From Pirellulales bacterium (GTDB taxonomy: Bacteria > Planctomycetota > Planctomycetia > Pirellulales > PALSA-1355), in contig CAVTBU010000005.1 of the NCBI GenBank assembly GCA_963733035.1, positions 224,001 to 288,000 on the forward strand: 64,000 bases of DNA, given 5' to 3'. Each line of letters begins with the position of its first letter. Positions within the stretch are counted from its first letter, which is position 1. Below are positions 62,663 to 64,000 of this stretch, one piece after another. The position numbers and the translations under genes were made by a program. Below the pieces are notes generated by a model. That model was given only the letters and a program-made list of their open reading frames with translations, ran no database searches and was not told the DNA's origin.

Positions 62663-63625
62663 GTGCGTGTCGTGGCTGTCGCAACAACGTTCGTTATCCT
62701 AACCATGCTCTGGAGCTATTGCACCCAGGTCGTAGCCGCCGATCTGCCGCCCAGCGAGCAAGTGCGGCCGGTTAAGTTGCTCGACGTCGACAACTATTGC
62801 GAGGGAGTCGTGTTCGACTCCGACGGTCTTGGCTACCTGTCGCACGGCAAAGTGATCGTACAATTTACCCTCGACGGCAAAGGCGCCGTGTGGGCGGAAA
62901 CGGGCGCCCCCAATGGACACAAGATTCTCGCCGACCGGACGCACCTGGTGTGCGATGCCAGTCACCATGCAGTGCTACACTTGTCGGCCGATGGCACCCC
63001 CCTGCCACATGCATCCAGCCGTTGCGCGGGCGAACCCCTCCGCGGCCCGAATGACTTGACGCTCGACACGCCGAACGGGGGTTTCTATTTCAGCGATCCC
63101 GGTGGATCGAGCGACATCCATCCGATTGGCACCGTTCACTACGTCGACCGCGATGGAAAGACAACGCTCATCGACAGCGAACTGGCATTTCCCAATGGCA
63201 TCGTGCTCACAATCGACGGCAAGAAGTTGTACCTTGCCGAGAGCAAGAAGAATCGCGTGCTGGTTTACGAAGTCGTCGCGCCAGGCAAAGTCGCCAATCG
63301 CCAGGTGCTCGCTGAACTTCCGACGAAGGACCCAGCCGCTGGCCAAATTGACAGCCAGCCAGACGGGATGTGCCTCGACGCAGCCGGAAATCTCTACGTC
63401 GCTCACTATGGCATGCAACAAGTGCAAGTGCTCAGCCCCGAAGGCAAGCTCCTTCGCCGCTATCCCGGTGGCAATGTCACGACAAGCAACGTGGCCTTCG
63501 GTGGTCCCCGTCGGGATCAGCTTTTCATCACCGGCGGACTCGGCGCCGAAGCCGGCGGCGGCGGGTTGTTTCGCCTCGACCTTGGCGTCCCGGGGCTGAA
63601 TATTTTGCCAACCGCCGGCAACTAA
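62663..63625 (+). CDS. SMP-30/gluconolactonase/LRE family protein
   Basis: CEG, PNG, GPNDL, YFSDP, FPNGI, PDGMCLDAAGNLYVA, SNVAFGG; GTG start after GGAG. Confidence 0.92.
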   Translation: MRVVAVATTFVILTMLWSYCTQVVAADLPPSEQVRPVKLLDVDNYCEGVVFDSDGLGYLSHGKVIVQFTLDGKGAVWAETGAPNGHKILADRTHLVCDASHHAVLHLSADGTPLPHASSRCAGEPLRGPNDLTLDTPNGGFYFSDPGGSSDIHPIGTVHYVDRDGKTTLIDSELAFPNGIVLTIDGKKLYLAESKKNRVLVYEVVAPGKVANRQVLAELPTKDPAAGQIDSQPDGMCLDAAGNLYVAHYGMQQVQVLSPEGKLLRRYPGGNVTTSNVAFGGPRRDQLFITGGLGAEAGGGGLFRLDLGVPGLNILPTAGN

Positions 63626-63664
63626 ACATTCCTCGCTTCCACACCTCCAGTGAGAGTCACCAAG

Positions 63665-64000
63665 ATGCAAATCACTCGTTGTATAGTAAGCCTCTCGCTC
63701 AGCCCCCTGCTCCTCGCCGCCTTGGCGTCCATCGCGGCGGCTCACGATGCATACGAACTGGGACCCGATTCGAAGCGTCAGGACGGCGTTCCCGAAGGCA
63801 AAGTCACCAGACATCAAATTACCAGCCGCGTCTTTCCCGGCACCGAGCGGGACTACTGGGTATATGTTCCCCAGCAATACAAACCCGAAGAACCGGCCTG
63901 CGTTATGGTCTTTCAAGACGGCCGGTGGTACGTCGACAACGAACGAGACTTCCGCGTGCCGATCGTATTCGACAATTTGATCCACAAAGCCGAAATGCCG
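63665..64000 (+). CDS. Enterochelin esterase-like alpha/beta hydrolase, 3' end runs off the window
   Basis: Manual translation: signal peptide, GPDSKRQDGVPEGKV, FPGTERDYWVYVP, MVFQDG, VFDNLIHK.EMP. Confidence 0.85.
   Translation, partial: MQITRCIVSLSLSPLLLAALASIAAAHDAYELGPDSKRQDGVPEGKVTRHQITSRVFPGTERDYWVYVPQQYKPEEPACVMVFQDGRWYVDNERDFRVPIVFDNLIHKAEMP

Noticed and set aside
1..64000. tRNA, rRNA, CRISPR, transposase, integrase, prophage or defence genes
   Set aside because: None recognised in the ORFs or in the short intergenic regions; tRNAscan and Rfam scans were not run.

Overview
Gene-dense, GC-rich bacterial chromosome segment. The gene content (two DUF1501 proteins, a PVC-type CxxCH dehydrogenase, DUF1080, sulfatase, PQQ-repeat and DUF6666-like proteins, GPTAVEY-type Flp pilin, archaeal-type methanopterin genes) points to Planctomycetota, probably Pirellulales-like (inference). 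About 50 CDS, including blaR1/blaI-like, glgC, leuS, two ABC systems, ogt, a PLP decarboxylase, a split ArgZ-like arginine dihydrolase/ornithine cyclodeaminase pair, two transsulfuration enzymes behind a leader terminator, a methanopterin/pABA biosynthesis operon, and Ku followed by a BRCT-HTH-TPR gene. I saw no rRNA, tRNA, CRISPR array or mobile element. Best leads: (1) a sigma54-type promoter, Ku and a BRCT/MerR-HTH/TPR partner with no ligD in the window; (2) an SDR lacking the catalytic Tyr at the head of the methanopterin operon, a candidate pterin reductase; (3) a non-canonical attenuator upstream of a plant-type cystathionine gamma-synthase; (4) a Tat-exported PCO/ADO-like thiol dioxygenase; (5) six frameshifts that all fall on GGCGC, suggesting sequencing errors at a methylated GCGC motif. 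All family calls come from motif recognition by eye; no database searches were run.
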